64,000 bases of DNA, taken from an uncultured Clostridia bacterium (lineage in GTDB: Bacteria > Bacillota > Clostridia > Oscillospirales > Acutalibacteraceae). Under the pieces are notes generated by a model. That model was given only the letters and a program-made list of their open reading frames with translations. It ran no database searches and was not told where the DNA came from. Below, one piece after another: positions 1 through 8,960 of the stretch. Each line of letters begins with the position of its first letter. Position 1 is the first letter of the stretch. Made by a program: the position numbers and the translations under genes. Location of the stretch: positions 8,395-72,394 of the forward strand of contig CALWJD010000006.1 of the NCBI GenBank assembly GCA_944380925.1, given 5' to 3'.

Positions 1-183
1 ACGTTTTTCTTCCGGCGATAGTGTTGCAGATTCTCCCGTTGTGCCACATGAAATAATGGCATCGGTACCATTTTTTATTTGGAATTCAATTAGATTTTCT
101 AAAGTTTCATAGTTAACGCTACCGTCAGAATTCATTGGAGTTATAAGAGCAACTCCCGCACCTTTAAAAATAACCTTTTTCAC
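1..183 (-). CDS. dapA: 4-hydroxy-tetrahydrodipicolinate synthase, N-terminal part (gene runs off the left edge)
   Basis: Reverse-strand translation from GTG at 183 reads [61 protein letters not shown]. This is the typical DapA N-terminus with the GTTGE motif. It lies directly downstream of asd. Confidence 0.8.
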   Translation of the reverse strand, partial: MKKVIFKGAGVALITPMNSDGSVNYETLENLIEFQIKNGTDAIISCGTTGESATLSPEEKR

Positions 184-203
184 TGATAAAATACCTCCGA
201 ATT

Positions 204-1283
204 TTAAAAAATATATCCTTCACGGCAAAGCATTTCGGCAAGTAGGATTGCTCCTCCCGCCGCACCTCTTACCGTGTTGTGAGACATACAAACAAATTTT
301 ATATCATATTGGGAATCTTCCCTCATTCTACCGACGGAAATTGCCATTCCTCGTTCCAAATCTCTATCAAGCCTTACTTGAGGCCTTTCGGGTTCTTCAA
401 AGTAATGCATAAATTTTTTCGGCGAGCTTGGTAAATCTAAACTTTTTGAGTCGCCTTTAAAATTTTTTATATGGTCAATTGCTTTTTGTGGTGAAATTTT
501 ATTTTTAAATGTTGCAAATACCGCTGCGGTGTGTCCGTCACTTACAGGAACTCTTAAGCACTGTGAAGTTATATTGATAGTTTTATTTGAAACTATTTTT
601 CCGTTTTCAATTTTCCCCCATATCTTAAGGGGTTCTGTTTCCGATTTTTCTTCTTCACCCGGTATAAACGGAATAATATTATCAACCATTTCGGGCCATA
701 AATCAAAATTTTTTCCGGCGCCCGAGATTGCTTGATATGTGCAAACCAATATTTTTTCTATATTGTTTTTAAAAAACGGATGCAAAGCCGGTACATAGCA
801 TTGAATTGAGCAATTTGATTTTACTGCTATAAAGCCCCTTTTTGTTTTTAAACGTTTTCTTTGAAAAGGAATGACTTCCATATGGTTTGCATTAATTTCG
901 GGTATTATCATTGGGACATCTGTTGCCATTCTGTTGGCACTATTGTTTGATATAACAGGGCATTCCATTTTTGCGTAGTCTTCTTCGAGTTTTTTAAGTT
1001 CTTGCTTTGGCATATTAACGGCGCAAAACACGAAATCGACTTTGGAAACTATGTTTTCGATATCTTTTTGTACGTCCATAATAATTTTGTTTTCAAGCGA
1101 TTTTGGAATGCTTTTATCCATATGCCGACGATTTTTTACGGCCTCTTTAAAAGGTTTTCCGGCAGATCTTTCGCTCGCTGCCAATACTTCTATATCAAAC
1201 CACGGGTGATTTTGGAGTAAAGTAATAAACTTTTGTCCGACCATACCGGTGGCACCTAAAATACCTACTTTAAATTTTTTCAT
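204..1283 (-). CDS. asd: aspartate-semialdehyde dehydrogenase
   Basis: [19 protein letters not shown] is a Rossmann N-terminus, and an active-site-like SNCSIQC segment is present. The likely start is the internal ATG at 1283 rather than the ORF-track start at 1328. The gene is adjacent to dapA. Confidence 0.9.
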   Translation of the reverse strand: MKKFKVGILGATGMVGQKFITLLQNHPWFDIEVLAASERSAGKPFKEAVKNRRHMDKSIPKSLENKIIMDVQKDIENIVSKVDFVFCAVNMPKQELKKLEEDYAKMECPVISNNSANRMATDVPMIIPEINANHMEVIPFQRKRLKTKRGFIAVKSNCSIQCYVPALHPFFKNNIEKILVCTYQAISGAGKNFDLWPEMVDNIIPFIPGEEEKSETEPLKIWGKIENGKIVSNKTINITSQCLRVPVSDGHTAAVFATFKNKISPQKAIDHIKNFKGDSKSLDLPSSPKKFMHYFEEPERPQVRLDRDLERGMAISVGRMREDSQYDIKFVCMSHNTVRGAAGGAILLAEMLCREGYIF

Positions 1284-1477
1284 ATATATTATGGGCATAA
1301 ACACCTTTAAAAATTTAGCCCACTTCACCGCCTCTTTTTATCAACTTCATGATTCGGACATAACTATCATATCACTATCTTAAAAAATATGTCAATTGAT
1401 ATTGCCCAAAGGATTTTCATAAACTTTAAAAGTTTGCTATAATGGTTCTATTATATAATATTTGGAGGAAATAAATT

Positions 1478-2527
1478 TTGCCAGTGGATTTAAATCAAAA
1501 GAGTTCATACTATTATAAATTACCCGAGGAGCTTATTGCGCAAGTTCCGATAGAACCAAGAGATGCTTCCAGGCTTATGGTTGTAAACAGAAAAAACGGT
1601 AAAATTAATCACGATATTTTTAAAAATATAATAGATTATTTAAATCCGGGTGACTGCCTTATTTTAAACGACTCAAAAGTTTTGCCTGCAAGAATTTTTG
1701 GAAATAATAAAGAAACAGGTGCTAAAGTTGAATTTTTATTACTAAAAGAAAAATCATCGGGGATTTGGGAAACACTCGTAAAACCGGGCAAAAAAGCAAA
1801 ATCAGGCTTTGAATTTTCGTTTGGCGTAGATGATAATATTTTTCTAAATGCAAAAATAATCGATATTCTTCCCGACGGAAACAGGATTATTGAATTTGAT
1901 GATAAAACAAACTTTTTAAGTAAACTCGATAAAATAGGGCAAATGCCTTTGCCGCCATACATAAAAGAAAAACTTCGTGATAAAAATAGGTATCAAACCG
2001 TATATGCAAGAGATTTGGGCTCCTCTGCAGCCCCTACGGCGGGGCTCCATTTTACTCCTTCGTTACTTGAAAAAGTTAAGAGCCATGGAATTAACGTAGG
2101 TTTTGTAACGCTTCATGTGGGGCTTGGCACTTTTAGACCCGTTAAAGAAGAGAATATAGCAAACCACAAAATGCATTCGGAATACTTTATTATGCCGGAA
2201 GATACAGCAAAACTCATAAATGAAACGAAAGAAAATGGGGGAAGAGTATTTTCCGTCGGGACTACAAGTTGCCGTGTTTTGGAATCTGTTTATCAAAAAT
2301 TTGGCATAGCCGAACGCTGCGAGGGTTCAACCGATATATTTATAAAACCGGGATATAAATTTGGAATAATCGATGGGCTTATAACTAATTTTCATTTGCC
2401 TGAAAGCACTTTGATTATGCTGGTCTCCGCTTTTGCGGGATATGAAAACACAATGGAAGCCTACAAAGTGGCGGTAGATGAAAGGTATAGATTTTTTTCT
2501 TTTGGCGATGCTATGCTGATAATTTAA
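1478..2527 (+). CDS. queA: S-adenosylmethionine:tRNA ribosyltransferase-isomerase
   Basis: Full-length QueA-like sequence ([25 protein letters not shown] ... [10 protein letters not shown]). TTG start, with GGAGGA 8 nt upstream. Confidence 0.95.
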   Translation: MPVDLNQKSSYYYKLPEELIAQVPIEPRDASRLMVVNRKNGKINHDIFKNIIDYLNPGDCLILNDSKVLPARIFGNNKETGAKVEFLLLKEKSSGIWETLVKPGKKAKSGFEFSFGVDDNIFLNAKIIDILPDGNRIIEFDDKTNFLSKLDKIGQMPLPPYIKEKLRDKNRYQTVYARDLGSSAAPTAGLHFTPSLLEKVKSHGINVGFVTLHVGLGTFRPVKEENIANHKMHSEYFIMPEDTAKLINETKENGGRVFSVGTTSCRVLESVYQKFGIAERCEGSTDIFIKPGYKFGIIDGLITNFHLPESTLIMLVSAFAGYENTMEAYKVAVDERYRFFSFGDAMLII

Positions 2528-2570
2528 TTAAATCGAAAATGTTGTGTTTTTTTAGATTAGTGATATAAAA

Positions 2571-2601
2571 AGCCAACCTTTTTTAGGTTGGCTTTTGTTT
2601 T
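2571..2601 (+). terminator. intrinsic terminator after queA
   Basis: 9-bp stem agccaacct / aggttggct with a 5-nt loop, followed by tttgtttt. Confidence 0.8.
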
Positions 2602-2649
2602 ATATGTGTTTAAATAGCTGTTATTATCTTATAAAAATTAAAAAACATG

Positions 2650-2680
2650 TTGACAAATTATATATATATATATATATAAT
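2650..2680 (+). promoter_or_regulatory. sigma-A type promoter, with the spacer and -10 region built from a TA repeat
   Basis: TTGACA at 2650-2655 and TATAAT at 2675-2680 (19-nt spacer). Alternative TATATA -10 registers exist inside the repeat. The promoter lies 50 nt upstream of the 2741 CDS. Confidence 0.6.
2659..2678. repeat. (TA)10 dinucleotide microsatellite
   Basis: Read directly from the sequence: ta x10 between the -35 hexamer and the end of the -10 hexamer. Confidence 0.95.
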
Positions 2681-2740
2681 TTGCTTGAACATTGAGTTCA
2701 AAATTTAGTATTTTTTTATATTTAGAAAGGAATGATTATT

Positions 2741-3286
2741 ATGGGAAAAGGTAAATTTCCGGTTGATATTGATCCAAAGTATCTTCCGAATGGCAAAAAA
2801 TCATTTGATGAATTAACACCAGAAGAACAAGAAATGGCTATGCGTAATTTTGTAAGTGCACTTTCTCAGGATATGTCTAAGAAAATTGAACAAATTCGAA
2901 AATCTAAGAAGCTTCCAAGTCCGGAATTTAACAAGCTTTATAGCAGTACTCAAGAAGGTATGAAACGTTGTGCAAAGCTTCTTTTGGGTGACGATGCATT
3001 TGAGCCGGATGTTGAAAAACCAACAGATAATACAACAGCGGTGCGAAGGAAAGCCGTAGCGTGCGGCTATTTAATGGGCTCGATTCGAGGATTTTCTGAA
3101 GGCCTTACGAAGATTCCAAGTAACAAAGTTTGGCTAGGAAAGATTGTAAAAACATTGATTCAAACTTTAAAGGGTGAGGTACAGAAAATTTTTAATGATT
3201 TATCTAGAATGCTTAGTGAAAATCCAAATGATGAGGAGTTAAAAGAATTAGTTTCTGCAATAGGTAGTCGCATGAAAAACTTGTGA
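2741..3286 (+). CDS. hypothetical protein, no signal peptide, no family recognised
   Basis: Long ORF (track start 2732). The ATG at 2741 has better spacing to GAAAGGA at 2725-2731. The protein is hydrophilic and helical-looking (MGKGKFPVDIDPKYLPNGKKSFDELTPEEQE...). Confidence 0.6.
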   Translation: MGKGKFPVDIDPKYLPNGKKSFDELTPEEQEMAMRNFVSALSQDMSKKIEQIRKSKKLPSPEFNKLYSSTQEGMKRCAKLLLGDDAFEPDVEKPTDNTTAVRRKAVACGYLMGSIRGFSEGLTKIPSNKVWLGKIVKTLIQTLKGEVQKIFNDLSRMLSENPNDEELKELVSAIGSRMKNL

Positions 3287-3405
3287 TGGAGTTTTTGTGT
3301 GTAGGCCATAACATAATTTATAAAATGAAATCAAATGATTTTCTATTAATGTGTTACTGTTTTTGTTTTATTGAGTGTACACAGCGTAGTATTGCTTTGT
3401 GAAAG

Positions 3406-3429
3406 AGCCATGCACTAAAGTGCATGGCT
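3406..3429. terminator. hairpin shared by the convergent genes (possible bidirectional terminator)
   Basis: 10-bp perfect stem agccatgcac / gtgcatggct with a taaa loop, lying between the stops at 3286 (+) and 3440 (-). There are no strong T-runs on either side. Confidence 0.55.
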
Positions 3430-3439
3430 TCCGCTATGA

Positions 3440-4363
3440 CTATTTATTGGCTAATTTATAATTTTTATTTTCAAGATTACTAAGTCTGCAACGCTTTTCA
3501 GTAATGAATCCTAATGGTATTCCGTTTGCGTTATTAACCATTCGCTTAATATCGGGATCAAAATGTTTTATATAGCTATTTATTAGTTCCGTTCTACCTT
3601 TTTCAAATGCAGGATCTTCAATATGCATTATATCGTTATCGTCAATTTTAAGTATGTTTACAAAATGGCCGGATGTTGTATGGTTGGCAAGTAAGCTAAA
3701 CGGTTTTTTGCCGATTTTTTCATATATATCTTTTATTGACGATTTTATATTATCTTCGCTAGAGTTTGGCTGTATGTATGCTACTTGGTATGTAAGTTTT
3801 CCATCTGAAACTTCTTCAATATACTTTCCTATCATACTAGGAAATATAACATTATTCGTTTTACATGTATTATGTTCTTTACTTTTCATGTTTTCTTTTG
3901 AGCTATAAATGGATAGCCCTATATTACGATCATTTTCTAAAATGGGAATAGATTTTTCATTTGATATTTTTTCGAATATTTCTTTTTGGCTTTTATTTAT
4001 TCCGTGATATTTTAAAAGACCTTGCAAGCATGCAAGCCAGCACCACATTTTTCCTTCTTGTTTTTTTGTAATTTCACAGTCCGTTAACGTTTTACCGTAT
4101 CTTTTTGAAAAATTTTGTGATGATTTATATATCTGTTTTTTATATTTAAATTCGTCATAAAATTTAAGACCCGCGGATATATCATAAAATTGAACGGCGG
4201 TATTAAAAAGGAAATCTGATGCATTAAAATCTAATTCTTGATTTAATAATATTTGAAGTTTAATTTGGCCATTTGAGCTTCCTAAATTATGTGCCGAGGT
4301 TTTTGTCGGAAGCAGCAGGCCCAGGGAAATTAAATATACTAAAGTTTTTTTGAATGTCGTCAT
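3440..4363 (-). CDS. secreted papain-fold cysteine peptidase, peptidase C39-like domain
   Basis: N-terminal signal peptide (LISLGLLLPTKTSA). The segment QEGKMWCWLACLQGLLKYHGINKSQKEI fits the Gln...Cys nucleophile pattern of C39-like domains. A downstream His candidate sits in TTSGHFVNILKID. Confidence 0.6.
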   Translation of the reverse strand: MTTFKKTLVYLISLGLLLPTKTSAHNLGSSNGQIKLQILLNQELDFNASDFLFNTAVQFYDISAGLKFYDEFKYKKQIYKSSQNFSKRYGKTLTDCEITKKQEGKMWCWLACLQGLLKYHGINKSQKEIFEKISNEKSIPILENDRNIGLSIYSSKENMKSKEHNTCKTNNVIFPSMIGKYIEEVSDGKLTYQVAYIQPNSSEDNIKSSIKDIYEKIGKKPFSLLANHTTSGHFVNILKIDDNDIMHIEDPAFEKGRTELINSYIKHFDPDIKRMVNNANGIPLGFITEKRCRLSNLENKNYKLANK

Positions 4364-4407
4364 TATTTAAAGGTATCTCCAAGATCATATTTGATTTTTA
4401 TATTCAT

Positions 4408-4436
4408 ATTATAACATAAAATTAACCAAAAATCAA
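4408..4436 (-). promoter_or_regulatory. promoter of the C39-like peptidase gene
   Basis: On the minus strand: TTGATT, 17 nt, TATAAT, with a TGn extended -10. Confidence 0.55.
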
Positions 4437-4462
4437 TATGTGTGCAATCTTAAAAATAAATC

Positions 4463-4491
4463 TTGCATTATCTTGGAATATATGATAAACT
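4463..4491 (+). promoter_or_regulatory. candidate rpsB promoter
   Basis: TTGCAT, 17 nt, TAAACT, with a TGn extended -10. It lies about 100 nt upstream of the rpsB start. Confidence 0.45.
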
Positions 4492-4592
4492 TAAACAGCT
4501 ACATTACACACGTTGAGGGAAAACAAAATACGCAGGTGGCTTTTATTAAAGCTCAGTCTCAACGGAGGAAAAACCAAGGAGGAAGATATTTA

Positions 4593-5366
4593 ATGTCAGT
4601 AGTATCAATGAAACAACTTTTGGAAGCGGGTGTTCACTTTGGACACCAAACACGTAGGTGGAATCCTAAAATGGCGGAGTATATATTTACTCAGCGCAAT
4701 GGAATCTACATTATCGATCTTCAGAAAACAGTAAAGAAACTCGATCAAGCGTTTAATTTCGTCAAAGAATTAACAGAGCAAGGCAAGTCCGTTTTGTTTG
4801 TCGGAACGAAAAAGCAAGCTCAAGAATCTGTTAAATCGGAAGCAATAAAATCAGGTTCATTTTATGTAAACGCAAGATGGCTTGGCGGAATGCTTACCAA
4901 CTTTTCAACCATTCGTACGAGAGTAAATAGGCTAAAACAGCTAAGAGCCATGGAAGAAGACGGAACATTTGATTTGTTACCTAAAAAGGAAGTTGTAAAA
5001 CTTCGTTTGGAAATTGAAAAACTCGAAAAGTTTTTGGGCGGAGTCGAAGAGATGAAAGAACTCCCGGGAGCTTTGTTCGTCGTGGACCCCAAGAAGGAAC
5101 GTATTGCCGTTGCAGAGGCACGTAAATTGGATATTCCTGTAGTTGCAATTGTAGATACAAACTGCGATCCTGATGCGGTTGACTATGTAATACCAGGAAA
5201 TGACGATGCAATAAGAGCAGTTAAACTTATTTGTGAGGCTATGTCCAGAGCTATCATAGAGGGAAAAGAGGGCGAAATAGTTGCCGAAGAAGTTCCCGTA
5301 GAAGTCTCGGAAGAAGAATTTTTGGCTTCTGAGCCTGCTGAAGAGAGCGTAGCTACTGAGGAATAA
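4593..5366 (+). CDS. rpsB: 30S ribosomal protein S2
   Basis: [27 protein letters not shown] is the conserved S2 N-terminus. AAGGAGG lies upstream of the ATG at 4593. The ORF-track start at 4440 is an upstream extension. Confidence 0.97.
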   Translation: MSVVSMKQLLEAGVHFGHQTRRWNPKMAEYIFTQRNGIYIIDLQKTVKKLDQAFNFVKELTEQGKSVLFVGTKKQAQESVKSEAIKSGSFYVNARWLGGMLTNFSTIRTRVNRLKQLRAMEEDGTFDLLPKKEVVKLRLEIEKLEKFLGGVEEMKELPGALFVVDPKKERIAVAEARKLDIPVVAIVDTNCDPDAVDYVIPGNDDAIRAVKLICEAMSRAIIEGKEGEIVAEEVPVEVSEEEFLASEPAEESVATEE

Positions 5367-5397
5367 TTAGCAAGCAGAATTTAGATTTTTATTTTTA

Positions 5398-5429
5398 ATA
5401 TTGCTAAGCAGTTTATAGCTTAGCAATAT
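5398..5429 (+). terminator. hairpin between rpsB and tsf (possible partial terminator or processing site)
   Basis: Perfect 12-bp stem atattgctaagc / gcttagcaatat with an 8-nt loop. The downstream sequence is only moderately T-rich. Confidence 0.45.
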
Positions 5430-5461
5430 ATCTTGTATTTTAACAATAGGAGGAAATTTAC

Positions 5462-6376
5462 ATGAGCTTTACAGCTAAAGATGTTAAAGAACTTAGAGAA
5501 AAAACCGGTTGCGGAATGATGGATTGCAAAAAAGCTCTTGAATCTTCAGACGGAGATATGGCTAAAGCTATTGACTTTTTGCGTGAAAAAGGCTTGGCAG
5601 CGGCAACAAAGAAATCATCAAGGGTAGCCGCTGAAGGTTTGGCTATGGCTTATACAAACGAAGAAGGCACTGTTGGAGCTGCAATTGAAGTTAACTCTGA
5701 AACAGATTTTGTTGCAAAAAATGCGGATTTCCAAGGTTTTGTTAAGCTTTGCGGTGAAACTGTTATGAACAGTAATCCTGCAACTGTTGAAGATCTTTTG
5801 AAGATGACCGCAAGTGACGGCAAAACAATTGAAAATATTTTGCAAGAAAAGATTCTTACAATCGGAGAAAATCTTAAAATAAGACGTTTTAAACGTTTTG
5901 AAGGATTTGTTGCTTCTTACATTCATGCCGGCGGGAAAATTGGTGTTTTGGTAAACTTTGAAGTTGCAAATCCCGAAGTTGCCAAATCTGATGATTTCAA
6001 AGCGTTTTCCAAAGATATCGCTATGCAAATTGCCGCTGCAAATCCTTTGTATCTTATTCCTGAAGAAGTTCCGGCAGAAGTTGTTGACCATGAAAGAAAA
6101 ATTTTAAAAGAACAAATTGTTAACGACGGTAAGCCCGAAAATATAGCCGAAAAGATTGTTGAAGGAAGAATTGGTAAGTATTATAAAGAAATCTGCCTTT
6201 TGAACCAACCTTTCGTAAAAGACGGTAAATTAAGTGTTGAACAGTACACAAAAGATACTGCCAAAAAATTGGGAACAGATATCAAAATTTCTGCCTTCGT
6301 AAGATTTGAAAAAGGTGAAGGCCTTGAAAAAAGAGAAGATAATTTTGCCCAAGAAGTTGCAGGAATGATTAAATAA
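5462..6376 (+). CDS. tsf: translation elongation factor Ts
   Basis: The UBA-like N-terminus (VKELREKTGCGMMDCKKAL) and the position after rpsB fit EF-Ts. Confidence 0.97.
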   Translation: MSFTAKDVKELREKTGCGMMDCKKALESSDGDMAKAIDFLREKGLAAATKKSSRVAAEGLAMAYTNEEGTVGAAIEVNSETDFVAKNADFQGFVKLCGETVMNSNPATVEDLLKMTASDGKTIENILQEKILTIGENLKIRRFKRFEGFVASYIHAGGKIGVLVNFEVANPEVAKSDDFKAFSKDIAMQIAAANPLYLIPEEVPAEVVDHERKILKEQIVNDGKPENIAEKIVEGRIGKYYKEICLLNQPFVKDGKLSVEQYTKDTAKKLGTDIKISAFVRFEKGEGLEKREDNFAQEVAGMIK

Positions 6377-6452
6377 CATAAATCTATTATAAAGTATGCT
6401 TCATTCCGTATTGATAAGGTTTGTATGCATACTTTCTTTTATGAGGTTTTTT

Positions 6453-7748
6453 ATGATTAATTTAGATATTAAGCCTTTAAGTAAGTTTATATCTGCTTCG
6501 GATTTTGATTTTTTTAAAGAAAAGGTAGAGGAAGCCCATTATAAGCTCCATGATGTATTAAATATTAAAAAACCTGATGGATGGCTCAATTTACCCATTG
6601 ATTATAATCGTGAAGAATTTGAAAGAATAAAGATAACCGCAAGTAACATACGGCAAACCAGCGATGTTTTTGTAGTTATCGGTATTGGTGGTTCGTATTT
6701 GGGCGCCAGAGCTGCAATTGAGTTTTTAAATTCGGAAAACTATAATTGTTTTTCGGAAAAACGCCCTAAGATATTTTTTGTGGGCAACTGCGTAAGTAGC
6801 AAAGAGTTGCAGAAAATTCTTGATTTTTGCAAAGATAAAGATGTATCGATTAATGTGATTTCAAAATCCGGAACAACTTTAGAGCCTGCAATTGCTTTTA
6901 GAATATTTAAAGATTTTATGGAAAGCAAATACGGCAAGGAAGAAGCAACAAAAAGAATATACTGTACGACCGATAAAGCAAAAGGCGCTCTTCGTAACCT
7001 TGCAAATAAGGAAGAATATACGTGTTTTGAGATACCCGATAATATTGGTGGACGTTATTCTGTCTTGACTGCTGTCGGATTGCTGCCAATGGCGGTAAGC
7101 GGTGCTGATATAGGCGAGCTTTTACGCGGTGCTGCTGATGCGCATTTTAAGTTTCAAAATAGTGATTTAAACACAAACGACTGTTATAAATATGCTCTCT
7201 TGCGAAATATTTTGTATAAACAAGGAAAAAGCATAGAGTTAATTACCGGGTATGAACCTCGTTTGCGTACATTCTTTGAATGGTGGAAACAACTTTTTGG
7301 AGAAAGCGAGGGGAAGCAGGGCAAGGGAATTTTCCCTGCATCTGCTGTGTTTTCGACCGATTTACATTCTTTGGGACAATTTATTCAAGACGGAAGTAAA
7401 ATTTTATTCGAAACTGTTTTTAAGATTAAGGATAGTTCAAATAACATTTTCATTCCTGAAAATTCAGAAAATATAGACGGCCTTAATTATTTGGCGGGTA
7501 AATCGTTAGATTTTGTCAATAATAAAATTTTTGAGGCTACCTTGCGCGCTCATACCGAAGGTAATGTTCCGAATATTGTAATAAATTTAGAGAATGATAA
7601 AGAATATGGATTGGGATTTGCATTCTATTTTTTTGAAAAAGCTTGTGCGATTTCTGCATATTTGCTTGGCGTAAATCCTTTTGACCAGCCGGGAGTGGAA
7701 GCTTATAAAAAAAATATGTTTTCGCTTTTGGGAAAGCCCGAAAATTGA
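6453..7748 (+). CDS. pgi: glucose-6-phosphate isomerase
   Basis: PGI motifs are present ([35 protein letters not shown]). The likely start is MINLD at 6453, with GAGG upstream. Confidence 0.93.
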   Translation: MINLDIKPLSKFISASDFDFFKEKVEEAHYKLHDVLNIKKPDGWLNLPIDYNREEFERIKITASNIRQTSDVFVVIGIGGSYLGARAAIEFLNSENYNCFSEKRPKIFFVGNCVSSKELQKILDFCKDKDVSINVISKSGTTLEPAIAFRIFKDFMESKYGKEEATKRIYCTTDKAKGALRNLANKEEYTCFEIPDNIGGRYSVLTAVGLLPMAVSGADIGELLRGAADAHFKFQNSDLNTNDCYKYALLRNILYKQGKSIELITGYEPRLRTFFEWWKQLFGESEGKQGKGIFPASAVFSTDLHSLGQFIQDGSKILFETVFKIKDSSNNIFIPENSENIDGLNYLAGKSLDFVNNKIFEATLRAHTEGNVPNIVINLENDKEYGLGFAFYFFEKACAISAYLLGVNPFDQPGVEAYKKNMFSLLGKPEN

Positions 7749-7796
7749 TTTTAAAAATCATATAATATTAATGTGAATAATCAGGAGTAATAAAAT

Positions 7797-8546
7797 ATGG
7801 GATTTAGAAATTCAGAAGAATCTAAAAGAGAAAAAGACGGCATAGTCTATTTTGTAAGAAAAAATGCCAAATTAAATGATTGTGAATTTGAAAGATTTGC
7901 AATACAAACTCACTTTGTCGAGCGCGGCGAATCTTATCTTGAACTTATGAATAAATATGTTGCTCCGCTTTACGAAAAAGGCGATATTCTTTCAATAAGC
8001 GAAAAAGTAATTTCTATGTGCCAAGATAATACGGTTGAAAAGAAAGATGTTAAGCTTGGATTTTGGGCAAAAACACTTTCAAAATTTGCGTCATCTAATA
8101 ATCGAGGAATTGCCATGGATGAGCCTTATAAATTACAGCTCGCAATAAATTTGGCGGGACTCCCAAGAATTTTGTGGGCATGCTTTTGTTCGGCAGTTAC
8201 AAAGCTTTTTGGTATTCGTGGTGTTTTTTATAAAATTGCAGGCCATGGCATAGATGGAATAGATGGTTTTTATATGAATTCTTCCTTTGATTTATATCAC
8301 GACCTTGCTCTTCTTAACCCAAGAGAGCCCGGAAAAGTTTGTAATGAGATTCAAAACGCTTTTGGAATAAATTCTATGATAGTTGATGCAAACGATTTTG
8401 GCGTTGAAATCTTAGGTAAATGCGATGCGCTTAAGGATTTTTCGAATGAGTTCTTATCGCTCCTTATTAAAGATAATCCCGCAGGACAATCTGATGAACT
8501 TACGCCTATAATACTTATAAAAAATGTTGGAAGTAAGCAGCAATAA
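7797..8546 (+). CDS. F420-0:gamma-glutamyl ligase-like (CofE-like) family protein
   Basis: EKGDILSISEKVISMCQDN resembles the CofE-family GDIxxISSKVVS motif, and the length of about 250 aa is typical. This is a family-level call only. Confidence 0.55.
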   Translation: MGFRNSEESKREKDGIVYFVRKNAKLNDCEFERFAIQTHFVERGESYLELMNKYVAPLYEKGDILSISEKVISMCQDNTVEKKDVKLGFWAKTLSKFASSNNRGIAMDEPYKLQLAINLAGLPRILWACFCSAVTKLFGIRGVFYKIAGHGIDGIDGFYMNSSFDLYHDLALLNPREPGKVCNEIQNAFGINSMIVDANDFGVEILGKCDALKDFSNEFLSLLIKDNPAGQSDELTPIILIKNVGSKQQ

Positions 8547-8574
8547 TTAAATATTAAAAAATCTCAATCAAATA

Positions 8575-8603
8575 TTGACAAAATAGCAAATTTATTTTAG
8601 AAT
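8575..8603 (+). promoter_or_regulatory. rpmF promoter
   Basis: TTGACA, 17 nt, TAGAAT. Confidence 0.6.
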
Positions 8604-8661
8604 ATATGTTAGCAGTTAGCAATTGATATAATTGTTATGTTTAAGAGGAGGTGCCTGTAAG

Positions 8662-8847
8662 GTGGCAATAGTACCTAAAAGAAAGCATTCTAAAGCAAGA
8701 AGAAATAAAAGACGCTCCAATGTATGGAAATTGTCGGCTCCTGCTTTAAGTAGATGTGGTAAATGTGGTGGACTTAAACTTGTTCATAGAGTATGTAAAT
8801 CTTGTGGTTATTATAAAGGTAGAGAAGTAATCAAAAAAGAAGCTTAA
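8662..8847 (+). CDS. rpmF: 50S ribosomal protein L32
   Basis: VAIVPKRKHSKARRNKRRS plus CxxC...CxxC zinc ribbon. GTG start at 8662, with AGAGGAGG upstream. Confidence 0.93.
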   Translation: MAIVPKRKHSKARRNKRRSNVWKLSAPALSRCGKCGGLKLVHRVCKSCGYYKGREVIKKEA

Positions 8848-8883
8848 TGTATAATAATTTTAGTTTATATACTGTTATCAATT

Positions 8884-8915
8884 AGAGGAGGAGTAAATTC
8901 CTTCTCTATTTTCTT
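8884..8915 (+). terminator. candidate intrinsic terminator after rpmF
   Basis: Stem agaggagg / ccttctct (one G-U pair), followed by attttcttc. Confidence 0.5.
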
Positions 8916-8960
8916 CGAGTCAAGACTCTTTTTTCTAATTTTCTAAAAGGAATGAATGAA

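Noticed and set aside
1284-1477. Possible lysine (L-box) riboswitch upstream of asd-dapA on the minus strand, prompted by an AGAGGCGGTGAAG segment.
   Set aside because: Only about 60 nt separate that motif from the asd start. A full L-box needs about 180 nt with several conserved helices, which are not present. The region is better explained as divergent asd and queA promoters.
3325-3402. 25-codon ORF MKSNDFLLMCYCFCFIECTQRSIAL (four Cys, CxCxC pattern), lying between the (TA)10-controlled gene and the shared hairpin.
   Set aside because: There is no Shine-Dalgarno sequence upstream (ataatttataaaATG). The ORF is very short, and nothing ties it to a modification or export system. I kept it only as a note.
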